The position numbers were made by a program, and so were the translations under genes. Below the pieces are notes generated by a model. The model searched no databases and was not told the origin of the DNA. It saw nothing but the letters and a program-made list of their open reading frames with translations. Shown one piece after another: positions 63,457-64,000 of a stretch of DNA of 64,000 nt (position 1 is its first letter; each line of letters opens with the position of its first letter). This stretch comes from Amphiscolops sp. MND2022 (taxonomy: Eukaryota), in contig OZ076415.1 in assembly GCA_964187785.1 (NCBI GenBank), forward strand, positions 1,736,001 through 1,800,000, written 5' to 3'.

Positions 63457-64000
63457 TTATAAAACCTAGAAAATTCAGTAAGGCTCCTTGCGGTAAATCT
63501 TGTAGAATTACATAACATTTTCCACTACTGCAAATAGATTTGAAAATAAATACCACTTAATTGATACACCAAATGTTTTCAACTCTGAGATTCAGGTTCA
63601 ACTATGTTTTTTTTTGTATTAGAAAGTTCAAGATTTCTTTATGTCTGTGTTTTTTACAGATATATGTAGATCGTTCAATGTTCTTCTGCAAAAAAGAATG
63701 AAGTTAGACACAGTGTAAATAAAGATTTACTCAAAAATATTTCTATCTAAACGCAAATAAATTTGTTTCCGTTTTTCAGTGATAGCGCAAGTTTAGGATT
63801 CCCATTGTAGAATATCGGGACTTTCATCTTGCAACCAACGTCGAATACGGATGAAATTACCATCAGATTAGAGGCAATAAAAAGATTTTGGGGACTTGGC
63901 TTCCGCAGTAAAAAGGGTGAAAAATTCAAGAATCAAGCCCATCCTATTTCGACGACCTCGCTAAAAGATCAGTTGTTTGGAAGATGTTGAAATTATAATT

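Noticed and set aside
62113-63929. Short protein-like ORFs on - strand (62113-62316, 62702-62899, 63747-63929)
   Set aside because: No domain recognised and no consistent exon chain; cannot be supported without homology or RNA data.

Overview
AT-rich eukaryotic (probably invertebrate) DNA made up almost entirely of transposable elements. I recognise no host protein-coding gene, rRNA or intact tRNA. The window holds three full-length Ty3/gypsy LTR retrotransposons. Two are decayed, related Mag-like elements with ~200-bp LTRs, tRNA-Ser primer sites and 5-bp TSDs (897-6069 on +, 43299-49185 on -). The third is a recent, very large 18.9-kb element (23187-42096, 717/716-bp LTRs differing at 4 positions). 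It has a reconstructed ~3,200-aa Gag-Pol ending in two TARG1-like macrodomains, and a ~1,350-aa accessory ORF with a degenerate SGNH/GDSL-like domain in the env position. Its tRNA primer site is displaced 16 nt from the LTR, and it is flanked by only a 3-bp direct repeat. Two related solo LTRs (one nested in the other, 58002-59469) also show 3-bp flanking repeats, suggesting an LTR family with a non-canonical integration stagger. The rest is non-autonomous DNA elements (Helentron/DINE-1-like, EnSpm-like, Merlin-like, hAT-like), a 438-bp spacerless palindrome and a degenerate tandem array. Domain assignments are motif comparisons made by eye and need profile searches.
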